NCBI GenBank assembly: GCA_002633005.1
Contig: NMRA01000469.1
Span: 284,262-348,261 of the forward strand
Origin: Phoronis australis
Taxonomy: Eukaryota; Animalia; Phoronida
Direction of reading: 5' to 3'
Length of the DNA stretch: 64,000 nt
Under the pieces are notes generated by a model. The model saw only the letters and a program-made list of their open reading frames with translations, searched no databases and was not told the DNA's origin. The stretch's first letter is position 1. Each line of letters starts with the position of its first letter. This document shows, in pieces, positions 1 through 13,168 of this stretch. A program made the position numbers and the translations under genes.

Positions 1-666
1 TTTTCAAAAACTTTATTGGTGCTATTTGCCTAGTTTTCAACACATTCACCAGTTGGTCAAAATAGTTAAAGCAATGTTAGGCCCAGTGTTCAACTTGTAA
101 ACAGTAAAAAATGGTACTGGTTGGGGGGTACATACACTACGCACAGTCAATCAACGTCAAATTATGACTTAGTTACAAATGTATGCGATGATCTTGAGTT
201 TTGTGCTGCCTCTACTAGTTGTTTTGTAGCAAATTGTCTTGAGAGATAGAGAACCTGCCTCTGCAACATCAGTTGTCACATGACATGTCTTCTAGGATGT
301 TCCTAGCCAAGACCTGTGTGGCATTTTATTTCCCTCAAATTTAATAATGTCCATTGTTTTTTGTTTTTTTATCAGACTGGATGCATTTTGGAAATATCAG
401 GATTGTTCATGAGAACAGCAGTATGTAAAAATACTTGTGGTCAATACTTTATAGCACAGAGGTTGGAGGTTCGTACACTACACAGGGGTACGGACATTAC
501 ATTTCAATGACTTGTCAGGTTTATAAAAAATACTTAGAATCTACTGAGAGTTAGTTCACTTACCAAATCTATTCAAAGAGAACAAACAAAAAGTACAGCA
601 TAAATGTGTATATCTGTCTATCATTCTTTGAAAGCAGGCACTTGTTAAAATATAGGGGTACATACA

Positions 667-1257
667 NNNNNNNNNNNNNNNNNNNNNNNNNNNNNNNNNN
701 NNNNNNNNNNNNNNNNNNNNNNNNNNNNNNNNNNNNNNNNNNNNNNNNNNNNNNNNNNNNNNNNNNNNNNNNNNNNNNNNNNNNNNNNNNNNNNNNNNNN
801 NNNNNNNNNNNNNNNNNNNNNNNNNNNNNNNNNNNNNNNNNNNNNNNNNNNNNNNNNNNNNNNNNNNNNNNNNNNNNNNNNNNNNNNNNNNNNNNNNNNN
901 NNNNNNNNNNNNNNNNNNNNNNNNNNNNNNNNNNNNNNNNNNNNNNNNNNNNNNNNNNNNNNNNNNNNNNNNNNNNNNNNNNNNNNNNNNNNNNNNNNNN
1001 NNNNNNNNNNNNNNNNNNNNNNNNNNNNNNNNNNNNNNNNNNNNNNNNNNNNNNNNNNNNNNNNNNNNNNNNNNNNNNNNNNNNNNNNNNNNNNNNNNNN
1101 NNNNNNNNNNNNNNNNNNNNNNNNNNNNNNNNNNNNNNNNNNNNNNNNNNNNNNNNNNNNNNNNNNNNNNNNNNNNNNNNNNNNNNNNNNNNNNNNNNNN
1201 NNNNNNNNNNNNNNNNNNNNNNNNNNNNNNNNNNNNNNNNNNNNNNNNNNNNNNNNN
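667..1257. other. Assembly gap
   Basis: Run of N. Confidence 1.
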
Positions 1258-1529
1258 ACTACCACGAGACGCCATTGAAAATCCCACCACGCTGTCCCGC
1301 TGTCCCAGATGCCCCGGCAATGTTGACAATTTACGTTCCTCCGAAACATAAAGAGCAACTTCCGCTTTTCGAGGTGAACGTCGTTTGCAACGACGAGGTA
1401 AGAAAGGAATTTGCCGCGGAAATTTTATATCAAATCCGATTTTTTTACGCGGAAATATTATAAAAAAAGCGGAAAACACATTTGAAAAAAGCGGAAATCC
1501 GCGTTTCCGCGGAAAATTCCAAACCCTGA

Positions 1530-1960
1530 TCATTATTAGATTTTGCACTTTCTATTATTTCCATCTTCCGTTACTAGATTTTACGCAAATTTGTAATCAA
1601 TCTCATTATTCCAGTCTATACTATTTTTAATTTTCCACAAATTTTCTTGTCTATACCATTATTCCCTAGAATTTGCTGTTTTGCATTATTATTCCATCCA
1701 ATATCATTATTAGACTTTACCTAAATTTGTAATCAATATTATTATTCCAGTCTATACTATGTTTAAATTTCCACCGTCTATACCATTATTCCATTCTATT
1801 TAACTTTTCCGACAATTTCCGGTCTATACTATTATTCTATTTTTCTATTGGCAAAAATGTTGGGTCCATACCATTATTAGAGTCTCTACTATTACTAAAA
1901 ATCATGAAATTTTCCAGTCTATAGGCCTACTATTATTGCTGTCACTAAAAGTACTCAGAA
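1530..1960. repeat. Degenerate array of CTATAC(C/T)A(T/C)TATT motifs, probably a MITE subterminal region
   Basis: The motif recurs many times with irregular AT-rich spacers. Confidence 0.5.
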
Positions 1961-2174
1961 CTCCAGAGGAGCCTGGTCCTTGTGTTTGGACTCATCTATT
2001 CAGGTAGGCCAACGCCTACCTGCACATCTATAAAAGATTTTGCGTATGAATAAAGCATCAGTAGTTGTGTCACAAGAGCCTCGTGTTATGGTTTGCAGGT
2101 CAGTTGAGGTTTTGTTGTTGTGCGAGCTAGTCTATTCGCCGCCGCGTGTGCGACTTAGGTCCGCCACACCCTCG

Positions 2175-2293
2175 TTCAGTTCCCAAAATCGGTAACTGGC
2201 CATTTTTACACTGCTCACGCCAGGGGATATGACGTCATACCACCTACCACGCACAGGGTTAAAAATGGCCAGTTTCCGATTTGGGGAACTGAA
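2175..2293. repeat. Small inverted-repeat element (MITE-like)
   Basis: ttcagttcccaaaatcggtaactggccattttta ... taaaaatggccagtttccgatttggggaactgaa. Confidence 0.7.
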
Positions 2294-5200
2294 TGAAGGA
2301 CTGCTCGAACAAAAAGTTTGATAACGGGCGGGAGTATTTGTTCGAGATGGAAGGAATTAAAGACACCGATGGCCTCCTAAGGTGTCCCCCTATGCGCAAA
2401 AGGTATTTATAACAATGTGGCTTTGATGTTTTAGTTGGTGTGAGGCATAATTCGCCAAAAAGCTTCCGGAGTATGAAGCTCCTATAAGAGCAACACCAGC
2501 TCTACTGAACCAGCTGGAGACAGTGATCACTGTTTAGTGCTACTAATAGTGGTGATACAACGGTACCAACGTCAACGAGGCAATCACTGAATAACTTGCC
2601 AAAACTCAGCTCAAACAGTTTAAATGTTGGTTTACCGACTGCTGCTAGAGTGAATAACGTGAACAAGCCTTGAACTTTACGTTTCCAAACCATTTCGCAA
2701 TCGATGCTGTATCATTGGCCGTGTCGTCACTGTCGTGTGGCCGTGGGTACGTTGCAGAACAAGGACAGGTCGACAGGTGTAAATTTATGCTAATGAGTTA
2801 TGATATCGATTATAGCAATACGAAATACTCTCAAGCAAGGTATGCACGATGCACGGTAGCCGGTAGGCGGGTAGGCCTATATTATTATACTTTTAGACCA
2901 TTGTTTACAATCCGATTCCATTAACGTACATACTTGATATTAATATTTTCTGTTCTGAATCCTCTCGACAGTGTGATTATGGTGATTCCAAAAATGTATC
3001 ACTCTTACCGATTAGGCTCTTCTTATTCATACACATTCACTGTTTTTACGAAGTGTTCAATCTGCGGCCATAGCAAAACTGCGACACCTCTTGGCAGGAA
3101 TGATAACTACAACGATCACGCGTGTGTAAGACCCCAAAATCAAAATTGGCTAGTGCCGTGGCATGTTAGGGAAACTCTGAGTAAAAAACAGTAATAATCA
3201 TTTATAAAGGATTGCCTCTTCAAAACTTCTTTACAAAAACAAGAGAGTGTGTGTTCTCGGTTCCAAGTATTCCAAGTTCACGCATAGCAGCAAGACGAAA
3301 GAGATGATTAGCTTAGTTGACAAAGATAGTATTTGTCATTGAGCAAGACCGTCTCGTACGCGAGCCCAGTCACCAGGTGGAGAGACCGTCTCGTTAAAAG
3401 ACGTTCTCTGGTGGAGGGATAGCTCAGTCAGTCAGAGACCGGTATCGTTTATTTTGGAGTCAGTTTCAGTTGGCTTCGCCAGCTGCGTGCCTGACCAACT
3501 AGGTTTCCTTGGTACAGGCAGTTCAGTTTATGCATTTTGGCGAAAGACCGTGCAATGAAACCACCAGGCAACCAAACGACCGTTTTTGTGCTTCTCTTTT
3601 GTATAAATTCAGAAATTGCATTGCAAGGGACTGAGTTTCTTCAGGTTTCCAAACGATCTAGGCGAGAAATGTAAATTTATGCAGATGACGCGTGCGTTTT
3701 TTACAGTTAAATAACAGTGTGTTCCTATACATAATTTACGTTTTCTGCATTTTCACTCGGGCAACTAAAATGTTAGTATGGTGAAACTAATAACACAAAT
3801 TTTAGTCAAAATTTCAGGCGTTGTTATAACTGTATGTCATATTACGTTTTGTCGACGTGGTATTGATTATTGTTTTTGGTTTGTTTACAAATTTAAATGT
3901 CCGATTAAACTAACGTACTCTTTCGCAAATAACAATTCTAGCTAGTATGGTCATACTCTTGATATTTTGCCATTAATTTTTATCTCTCGCTTTGAGGAAA
4001 CGATGTCTCGGAGCACGATAAAATTTGGGCAAATCCATAGTGTATGCGTTGTTGCTATCCCTCGGTCGCGGCAAGGGCGAACATAACAAAATTCAGATAC
4101 ACCTGTGCCTGCACTCCGAGGAGGTTCGGCACATTTCATGCGCGCTTCCGGGGGGGNGAGCCCCCCCCCCCATATTGAAGGCTAAGTGCGCGCATGCATT
4201 TTGCCCAAAAGCCGCAAAGCAAATAAGACATATCGATTTTGTATTGAATCTACAGAAGTACTTATGTCTATGGTTGAATCTTTGTCACTAAAGCACGTGA
4301 CAAAAAATTCCACAGTGGCATCATACCAGAATAGGCATCAGCATAAATGTATACATTAGGTTAGGCCCTTACTTAGAGGCCATCAATGTAAAGAATCTCC
4401 ATATTTTCTACATACGTTACGTTTTCTATCTCATTTTACAGGACACACCATAACTCCATCAGTCCAAATATCAATTCCCGAAATATTAGGGTTACCAGTG
4501 AGGTTTCGCACAGCGACGTGAACGCGAATTTATTACCCATCAATACCGCATCATGCATGCCATTGTTGGCTGTGACGTAATCCCGATAGTGTTTGAGTAT
4601 TTTACACAAATACAGGGAGATTCGCGTCGCTTTAAACCCGAAACCTGTGGCCCCTTTTTAATTCTTATTTGGTAAGACATCGAAAAGACTTTTATTTTGA
4701 TAGGGTTCTCATTCTTTCTTCTTTGCTTCAGTATGAAATGAACACAATTCTTTTGTCTATGAATGTTCTTAAAGTTTAGTTGCAAGAAAGCACTTTTTCC
4801 AAAATCCTTATTCTGCTGAGGTTCGCTGGATATCATCGAACTAGAATGGATTTTGAACAGATATGATTTTGTGTTGTTAAATTTTTATATACTTAATTTA
4901 CATGCATTTATTTATGATAAACTCCAAATAAATTTCGCATTCTAAGAGTTGACCATTTTTCGCAGGAGTTCGTAGAAACGACTATTTCACATTCAACAAA
5001 TACTTCTATCTAGCGGATGTGTACTACGACAACTGGACACCCTGAGCTCAGTTATTCAGTTCACGTTTACTTTCACGCTCGTGTAAAAATTTGGCTGTTG
5101 CGAAACCCATTTTTGTTACTGTATGCTGTAATGTGAATCGGCATGCGCAATGACGTATGCGTCATAATTCAGGTCCAAGTTTGCTTTGCGAAACCTCTCC

Positions 5201-6867
5201 ATTAGTGAACTTGTAAAAAGCAAACAGTCGCTGCTTTTGTTTACCTCTCTTTAACACTGTTGACCTTGTGCACGCACTCGGATTCAAAACCAGGTTGTAG
5301 AGGACTGGCAAGTATCACAATTTTAAATATAGTATACAACAGTGACAGATCTACGGGGGCGGGGGGTTCAGGGGGCTTAAGCCCCCCTTGGGACAGGATA
5401 AGAAAAATAAAAATTAAAAAAACGATGCCAGCAAAATCGGAAAACGGCACCGCCAGCTTGGGTAAACTCCAAGTAAACCACCTCGAAAAAAATGAGGGAT
5501 TCAGCCTGAAAATATAATTTCTTGGCATTCTTATTTGCTGTAACGACGAAAAGAGACCCATTTCAAGTTTTCGTGGCTCATCGGCAAGTCGCGCGGAGTT
5601 CTATTGTGCGCGCACTTCCGTCGACATTTCTGAAGTAGCCAAGCAATTTAAAATGGATCTACCGCGGAAAAAGCAGATATATAGCTGGTTTTTAAAGGTA
5701 TCTAACATCTGTAGTCTACGGCGCATCATAGGGGCTGGGGTGGCTATAGCCCCCACTTTTTTCATGCTGCGCCGCCCATGGTCTAAGATATGTTTTGATT
5801 TTATTGGGGAAAATACCGTGGTACCGCAACCCGGATATTCAACGTCTTTACCTGATAAGTCATGCCTTGTCATGCTATTACACTCCACACGTTTGTAACT
5901 TGAATTTGACTGGTGTATAATAAAGTTGTCTTGCGCAATAATCATACAGTGTACATGTAATGTGTTTATTTTAAAAGCGATCAACTCGTAAGGGCTGTTG
6001 TGGCAGGCGCTGTGGTCTGGTCGCGAGTCCATTTCAGAATACACCCTAGGAAGTTGGGCCCGATACAAGGAATGAACCCGGGGGGCACTCACTCACATTG
6101 GCAACTACAAGTGACCCCGCGCATCGGCGAACAGTGTACAGTGCCACAAATTGCGGGTAAGCTGTATTTTCTTAGAAAAGCCTTGCGGAACCCGCACGGT
6201 GTTCAATAGGCTTCCTAAGAAGCCCTGTTTCCGACATCAGCACTGACTATGTTCATTCCCGCAATAAGCACCACTGCCGCCTTCTATACTGGAATCTCAG
6301 CATCCGGGTCCGAAATAAGCATTTTAATATATAGGCCTAGATATTTCTCTCGATGATTAAAAAAGTATAAACAGTGCTATCGACTCGACTTATTTTACTC
6401 GGGGAGTTCCATCAGCTGTTACCTACTTTTCATTCGGCGGAATTTAGCAGACGGCAGAATAAAAATATCGGCGAATCTTCACTGATTTTGTTCGAAATAT
6501 CCTGAAATCTATGCCATTGTACAGATAATTCGACTTTAAGGTACATACCCAGCTTTACATGAACCTATCGCATCAGTGGCCTTGTCATTTTTCAAGTGAA
6601 GGTGAACCCCGTGTGAGGTGCTTCGGATTCTTGCTGGCTCCGAAATACTTTTCCTGGAACACTTATTTTTTCATCGTCGCCTTTACAAATTCCCAAATCA
6701 TGAACGTACGCTTCTCAGCTGAAAATTTGTCGCCTGTTGTCTTTGTCGAAGTGTTTTCGGCAAGTGCAAAAAACACTCATCGATTCAACCAGGAACATCG
6801 TTTAGCGATGATGTATTTGCCTCTGACATCTTGCTAGTTTGTCGGGTGTCACGTGACTTTTCAGTTA

Positions 6868-6971
6868 ATAGTCGGATATAACGTGCCCGTTTTTTGAGAT
6901 CCGAGTTTGATGCCGGTTATTCAGTGGAGAAAACAGGTTATCAAAATTCAGGCACGTTATGTCCGACCATT
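6868..6971. repeat. Small inverted repeat
   Basis: aatagtcggatataacgtgcc ... ggcacgttatgtccgaccatt. Confidence 0.6.
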
Positions 6972-7787
6972 ACACTGCCAGTTGGCTATTTTGTTCAGTA
7001 ACATTTGCGTTGTAAAAAGTAAACATGACCATGATTGTAGCATTACATCATAATATAGAAGCAACTAGATACGATAGAGCAGGTACTAAATGTCAACTTG
7101 GGAGATAACATATGGTCATACGGTCTAGAAACGATTACAGTTTACTGTTGCAATATATGCCTAACAACTTTAAATTAAAGGTTTATTCATACCCCATGAT
7201 ACAATTTAAGGCTGAACGCCCAAAGATTTTTATTTCTAATTAGCATAAAATTACTCGATTCCTATGTCGCTGTGAGATGAGAGTAGCCTTTAGGACTATT
7301 CTACAAACTTAATCTGAGATCCTATTTTTTGTCTTTGTCTGAACGGTTTGGACACTCGGGTCTCGGCGCGGGAATCCCTCGTTCAAGTTTCGATGTGGGG
7401 AAAACTTTCCCACAGTCTCCCTTTATCGTCTTATAAGTGCTCCGGCGTATCACCTCAGGTGTATTTTTTTGCTCGCGAGTATTGCCTAGAGTGGGTATTT
7501 TGCCCTAAGAAGCGTGTACGTGAAGTAGATACAAAGTAGTGAGAGTCCGAGTGATGGCTTATAGGCCACTATCGTTATTACGTCCGAAAAACAAATGAGA
7601 TTGACTTTTTGCCGATCTAATATCCGTTGCGTTTTTGTAATTTTATTACAAAACGTCAATTATCGCCGTGGTGTACCAGGCATTCGTTGAAATCAAGTCC
7701 TGTCACGGCAATTTTTCCTGTTCAATCCTCAAAATACCCTCCGACCCACAGGCGTCCTCAGCTTCTGATCGTCCCCAACTACACTAT

Positions 7788-8332
7788 GCATAATACTTCA
7801 AGGTATGCCACTCCGGACTAAAAATTCCACGGGTGCATCAGTTTGGCCGTTCGTAACAAACATAAAACTCAATAAAGTTACACAAAACAGGTTCAACAAA
7901 CCATGATGAGGAACTGTTCTTTCTCCCAATACCATTTACGGTGTCCTGCTCCACCGTGCGAGTTCTCAAGAAATTCGCGGTCAAAGCACAAAAATCTTCC
8001 CAAAAAGCTCGTCCGGAGCAACTCCTTGGTCTCACGCGCAACTAGGGTACGGAATTATCCGATGAATTACGGATGAACGGCAATGGCCGAGTTATATCGA
8101 TGCCGTGACTCACCTTTCCATGATGAATCGGCAATTGTTTTGACTGCGAATTTCTTGCGAACTCGGTGGAACAGGACACCGTGAATGGTATTATAAGAAA
8201 GAACATTTATTCATGGTTTGTTGAACCCCTGTTTTGTGTAAATTTATTGAGTTATGTGTTTGATATGGACGGCTGAGTCGAAGCACCCGTGGAATTTCTA
8301 GTCCCGAGTGTCTTACCTTGTAGTATTATATG
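7788..8332. mobile_element. Foldback/MITE element with arms of about 200 bp
   Basis: About 7788-7990 is the imperfect reverse complement of about 8136-8332. A partial arm copy sits at about 56845-56920. Confidence 0.8.
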
Positions 8333-11300
8333 TACCGGTATGATGTAACTTCGGCACTGAGTCATTGATTAGCGGCTTTACAACACCGTGAAAAAATGGC
8401 GGACAGTGAACGATTTTGAGCCTTGTCATGCAAGTGGCGTCGCAGCAACTATTTCGTTTCTGCAGTGATGTTTAATAGCCGCGTGCTTGAAGCACGTACA
8501 TGCCGTGTACAATATACACGATCTGGCCGATTTAACCGGTGTGTTATTCAAACTGTATGAATACAGGACACTATCGTAAACAAAAAACATCGACAGTATA
8601 GACAGATGCATTCCGAAAAGGCGCAATCACAATTTCTAGGCTTCACATTTCCTGAACTTTATAAATTTTGAGCGGCCGATTTGTCTGTACAGCAGATCAC
8701 ATTCACACTTCAGTCCACCAGTCGATCATGCCAGTTTGTTTTCGTAAAGCGCTGCCTGTTGAGAATTCGACAAGCCAATCAGAAATGCCGGTGTAAAAAA
8801 AATTCCCGAGGAAAATTAAGAGATACCTGCGTGCTGACTGGACGCGGCTACCGCCCACCTAGCGGCACGCTGGGAACCAGAGAGGGGCCTAGCTCATTGG
8901 TGCCGCCTCTATTGGAAGACACTGACACTACACAGTCAGTGCAACACCGTGTGCATGCGCTTTCACCAGTGGTTTTTGTAATGCAGATATGTAATGATAG
9001 GAATTTTAATTGAATCACCAAAGCCACTTGGGTCATGAATTTTGTGAACTTGCGAATCCCGACAATTCGTTTCAGTCCCAGTGCATTTTTAGTGATGAAC
9101 TTCATGTAATCAAATGCGCTCTATGTTCCAAAACGTCTATTAAAATATTTTAGTAAAGAAGAATGCCGCTATTCTGGATATATAAGATCTCCGTTTCAGA
9201 GAAAATGATTTATGCTCAGTCCCCTGAGCAAGATTAAGCAAGACTTTGAGATTTCCTCCACGTATAAAAAGCGAAGCATGCGATCGTGTTAGCTTTCTTC
9301 GCTGATTGTTGCTTCTACTCAAATCTATTCTGATGTTTGATGGCCTCGCGCCGGCTGTAGGACATAAACGCATTACGTTTTGACTTCTTGATGATTTTAT
9401 CTATTCTGAGAATTGTGCCTTATTTGGGCCCACCTACACGTTTAATAACTCCTCCTACTCGTACCACGTGATTACTACACGTGGCTGCATGACTGTTTTA
9501 TTATATTGTAGTTTCTGTGCAAATAAAATCATCAAGAAGTTATTCTTGACACGTTTGTTCAGTTGGGTAACAATACCAGAAAGATGTATAAAAGACAGAA
9601 AAAAAGATTCTGATATCAAAGTATGGAAAAATTTTAATGTGACTGTTCATAGTGTCTAAATTATTTTCTAACTACACTGTCACATTGCTCCACCAAATTT
9701 CATTTCATAAGTTTATCTTAATATTTTATGTGACCATCAAGTGTGCTCACCGCTGAATATAAACTCGTCGCTGTAACACATGTACCTCTTCAACATATCT
9801 TGAATAGCCCTATCATGATAACAGCTACACTTATCCTTTCTGCTGAGATCTAGTACTCAACCATAACCGCAACCTAAGTAGGAAAAATTACTGACATTGG
9901 GACACTTTCCGCAAAACAAGTGCACAGCGCAGACGAAACGAAGAAATTACTCATGCTCACCGCCTTGGACTAAACCGGGTTTCGCACATCCTAACAGGCG
10001 TCGCATCCTCGGGTCGCATGATGACAAAAAATGACACAACACTCGAAAACTGCAGTTGTCAGCATTGACATTACACTTCTGTGGTGTAAGAGTAGGAGGG
10101 GCAATGACGCCGCGATAAGGGCTTGCACTGTATGGTGCAACATCTTATGAATCTCGGTGAATCCCCACAATGAATATAAATAATTGCACTTGACCCAGGA
10201 TTGCGCAAAATTACTAAATGTTTTTCATTCTGTTGGGTAACATTGAGTTACTTCCAGGCAAACAACCGTGTGGATTGTGCTGATGTTGATTTGTTCATTT
10301 GAATCAGAAATAGTCAGTCATATTTTGTCTTGTGCTTTCTAGTTCTTCATTTTACTCGTTAAGAAATATAAATTTAGAAAAGTCTAACAGCGTCGATGTT
10401 AGACGCAAACAGATTATTTTAAAGACAAGAAGCTTATGGTTATGTGGACCCTAAGGAAGGTCCAAATTTGGCAAACTTCAGAACATTTCTGAAATGGGAC
10501 CGATTGGAGATTCATATGAAAGTTTCAGATAATAACTGTATACCTTGTTCTCCAAAACGCTGTTTAGGGATTGCTTTTGAAAAGCTCCACTTTTGCATGA
10601 GGAGCTATCACATATAGGACGCTTTTGATCTTTGTGGAAAAATTATATGTTGCATAAAACGAAACGGAAATGAGATAATTAATTACAAAATCGTATAATT
10701 TTTTCAAATTTTATTTTAAAAATTTATATCAAATGAATTTTGGTCATGTTGTTGATAATATTGTTTTGCTCTGAATGTATCTTAATTTCTTTTTTGTTTT
10801 TAAAAAGTTGTCTTAAAATACACGGTCACGTGACCACATGACTGACATAACATAAGTCAAAATTTCTGCAGGCTTACTACTTTCAGACTGAGTTAAAATC
10901 TTTAGTTATGTTGGTGTTTGGCTAAATACAGACTTGTAGATAGGGTCCTACATAACCTCGATGAAACTGTGGTTTATGAAAAAACACCGAGACTTATTTT
11001 AACATACGGGGCCAGTACTTTGTCGTTATCACATACTATTCAGATGCCACTGAAACATAGTCCTTGTTATGCGTTTACTTACTTCTGGGCCACGGGGCTG
11101 GGGTCTAATCTCAATACGCGACTGGGTTCACCCCGATGCGGCACTATCGATCTTCGAGAAAATTTGCCAGTCATGTGGCATGATTGGTTGAATTTAGAGC
11201 CCCAGTTACTCTCTGAGTCAAATCCGATTTCGTAAATTATATCGCGGACCTTGGATCATGAAAGGAGAACTCAACATAAATGTGAAATGACCCATGGAAC

Positions 11301-13117
11301 TATTTCTGTCAAACTATTTAACTACATATAGAACAGGTAATTGTTGTAAAGTGTCGATCGAACTTTTTCCTGCAGTTGATGAACTAGCGCATGTTTTCAA
11401 AGATAGCCAAAACATCTAACAGTCCATAAGAAAGGACAGCCAAAAATCAAACATGTTTTTGTGCCGTGTGTAACCATCGTTAGCGGATCATTTATGGAAC
11501 ACAACACGATATTCGGGATGTCCAGATAATAAAATCTGTATGTCGGTCTTTGGTCTAGAACTAGGGTCGACTGAGTTCTTCAGCAATTTGTTTTCGGGTA
11601 ACTGCTTCACGTGGCGGCTGCTGTGGAAGGTCACTCGTTTGTAGTGCATGCCATTGACTAGATGCAGGTCTAGCTGTCTGCCCCAGTTTGCTGAGACATG
11701 TTGAGTGAACAAATCAAAATTCAAATACCATTACATAAGACTCCACTGCAAGACCCTTGAATCAGATCATGGACAGGAGGAGAGACCGTCCGATCTTGCG
11801 AAGCTGTCCGAGGGCTTCGCCCTCATCAATTCATTTTTCCGAATTCGATCGCTCGATTTATAAGGTGCGCCCGACAACGCCAGTAATTTCAATTCCAGTC
11901 AAAATTTCAAATCGGGCAATTACACCTCATCACATACTCGGATGGAAATATGAACTTAAGTCGGGGAATGGCTTGACGAAATTATTTATATGGTTGTATT
12001 TTACCGAGTTACTTAACTTGCTTACACCGCTGGAAATAGGAACACCTTACAATTTCGAAGGTTCACTGCTCCGAATATCTAAAATTTCGGTCTTTATGCT
12101 TTTACATGCAAAAATAAACAATACTTCGGTTATTAGATGCACTCGTGGTGTACCTATACCGGAAAACAACGCCCGGGTATTAAAAACACTTTGGATTTCA
12201 TGCACATGCGAAATTGCCAGCATATCTTACGAATACTGAAAAATGAGTACGTACTTGCATTTTTAAAAGAAAATGAAGTAGGAATATTTATGAATTATCA
12301 ACCACGACACATTCATCAAATCCATGTCAAGATCGCATCGCAGCATGACTGAAAAGTTAAGGGCCCCAGCACCTAAACCTCACCCAAAGAACCACGCGCA
12401 CGGCAGTGTCGAATGTAGTCAGTAGCCCACCCTGTCCCTGCCAGTCTTCACGAAGTCAGAGTGTCCTACTCAGTGTTCTTAAATTTAAAACCGGTTGGTC
12501 GCGGCAGCCCTGTCCCGTGCCCCAGAAGTTGTCGCGGTCCCTGCAGTTGAGAATGAGTCGTGCCTGAGCAAACAATCTGAGTACTGAACTGTCGGAGTTC
12601 TGGTTGTGGAATTGTGGAAAGTTGAAGTAACGAATGAGGGTTGCGGACCTTCGAAGTAGTGAACCTTCGGAGTAGTGGGCCTTCCGGAGTAATGGACCTT
12701 TGGCATAGTGACATGTAACCTTGCAAATCCATCAAATTTGTTGCTCGAAGGAAGTCTGCAGGTCTGTGCAACATTGACACCGATTGACAAGAGAAAACTT
12801 CATTGACCATAATTGAGGTCTAGGCCTACTTTCCCGAATAAAGTGAACATGCTCGTCAGTTTTTTCAGTGCAAGAAAACACGATAGGCGTAGTTAAATGT
12901 CTGGTTTTTGAGCACGATGGAGGACAGCTTGTAGCGAACTTACCGTCAGCGTATAGGGCCTACTGAATTTAAATGACGGAAACGCACACACGTGTACATG
13001 TATGCATGTCGATCCATCAATCCACATGATCAAAGTGGACATGGACGAACAACATATTTACATATTTGACGATCACTTTCAATTCGAAAGTTGAAAATTC
13101 CTGCACTTTACCGCTCT

Positions 13118-13168
13118 ATGCTAGCAATTATACCGAAATATCCGATATTTCGGTATAATTGCTAGCAT
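13118..13168. repeat. Perfect palindrome, 25-bp arms and 1-nt loop
   Basis: atgctagcaattataccgaaatatc-c-gatatttcggtataattgctagcat. Confidence 0.95.

Noticed and set aside
556-1548. Long ORFs spanning N runs (also 50529-51218)
   Set aside because: Artefacts of translating gaps.
3418-3445. ggatagctcagtcagtcagag resembling a tRNA 5' half / A box
   Set aside because: No B box or cloverleaf follows.
4486-4494. TAACCCTAA on -, a possible telomerase RNA template
   Set aside because: No recognisable pseudoknot, CR4/5 or H/ACA context; a 9-mer match is weak evidence.
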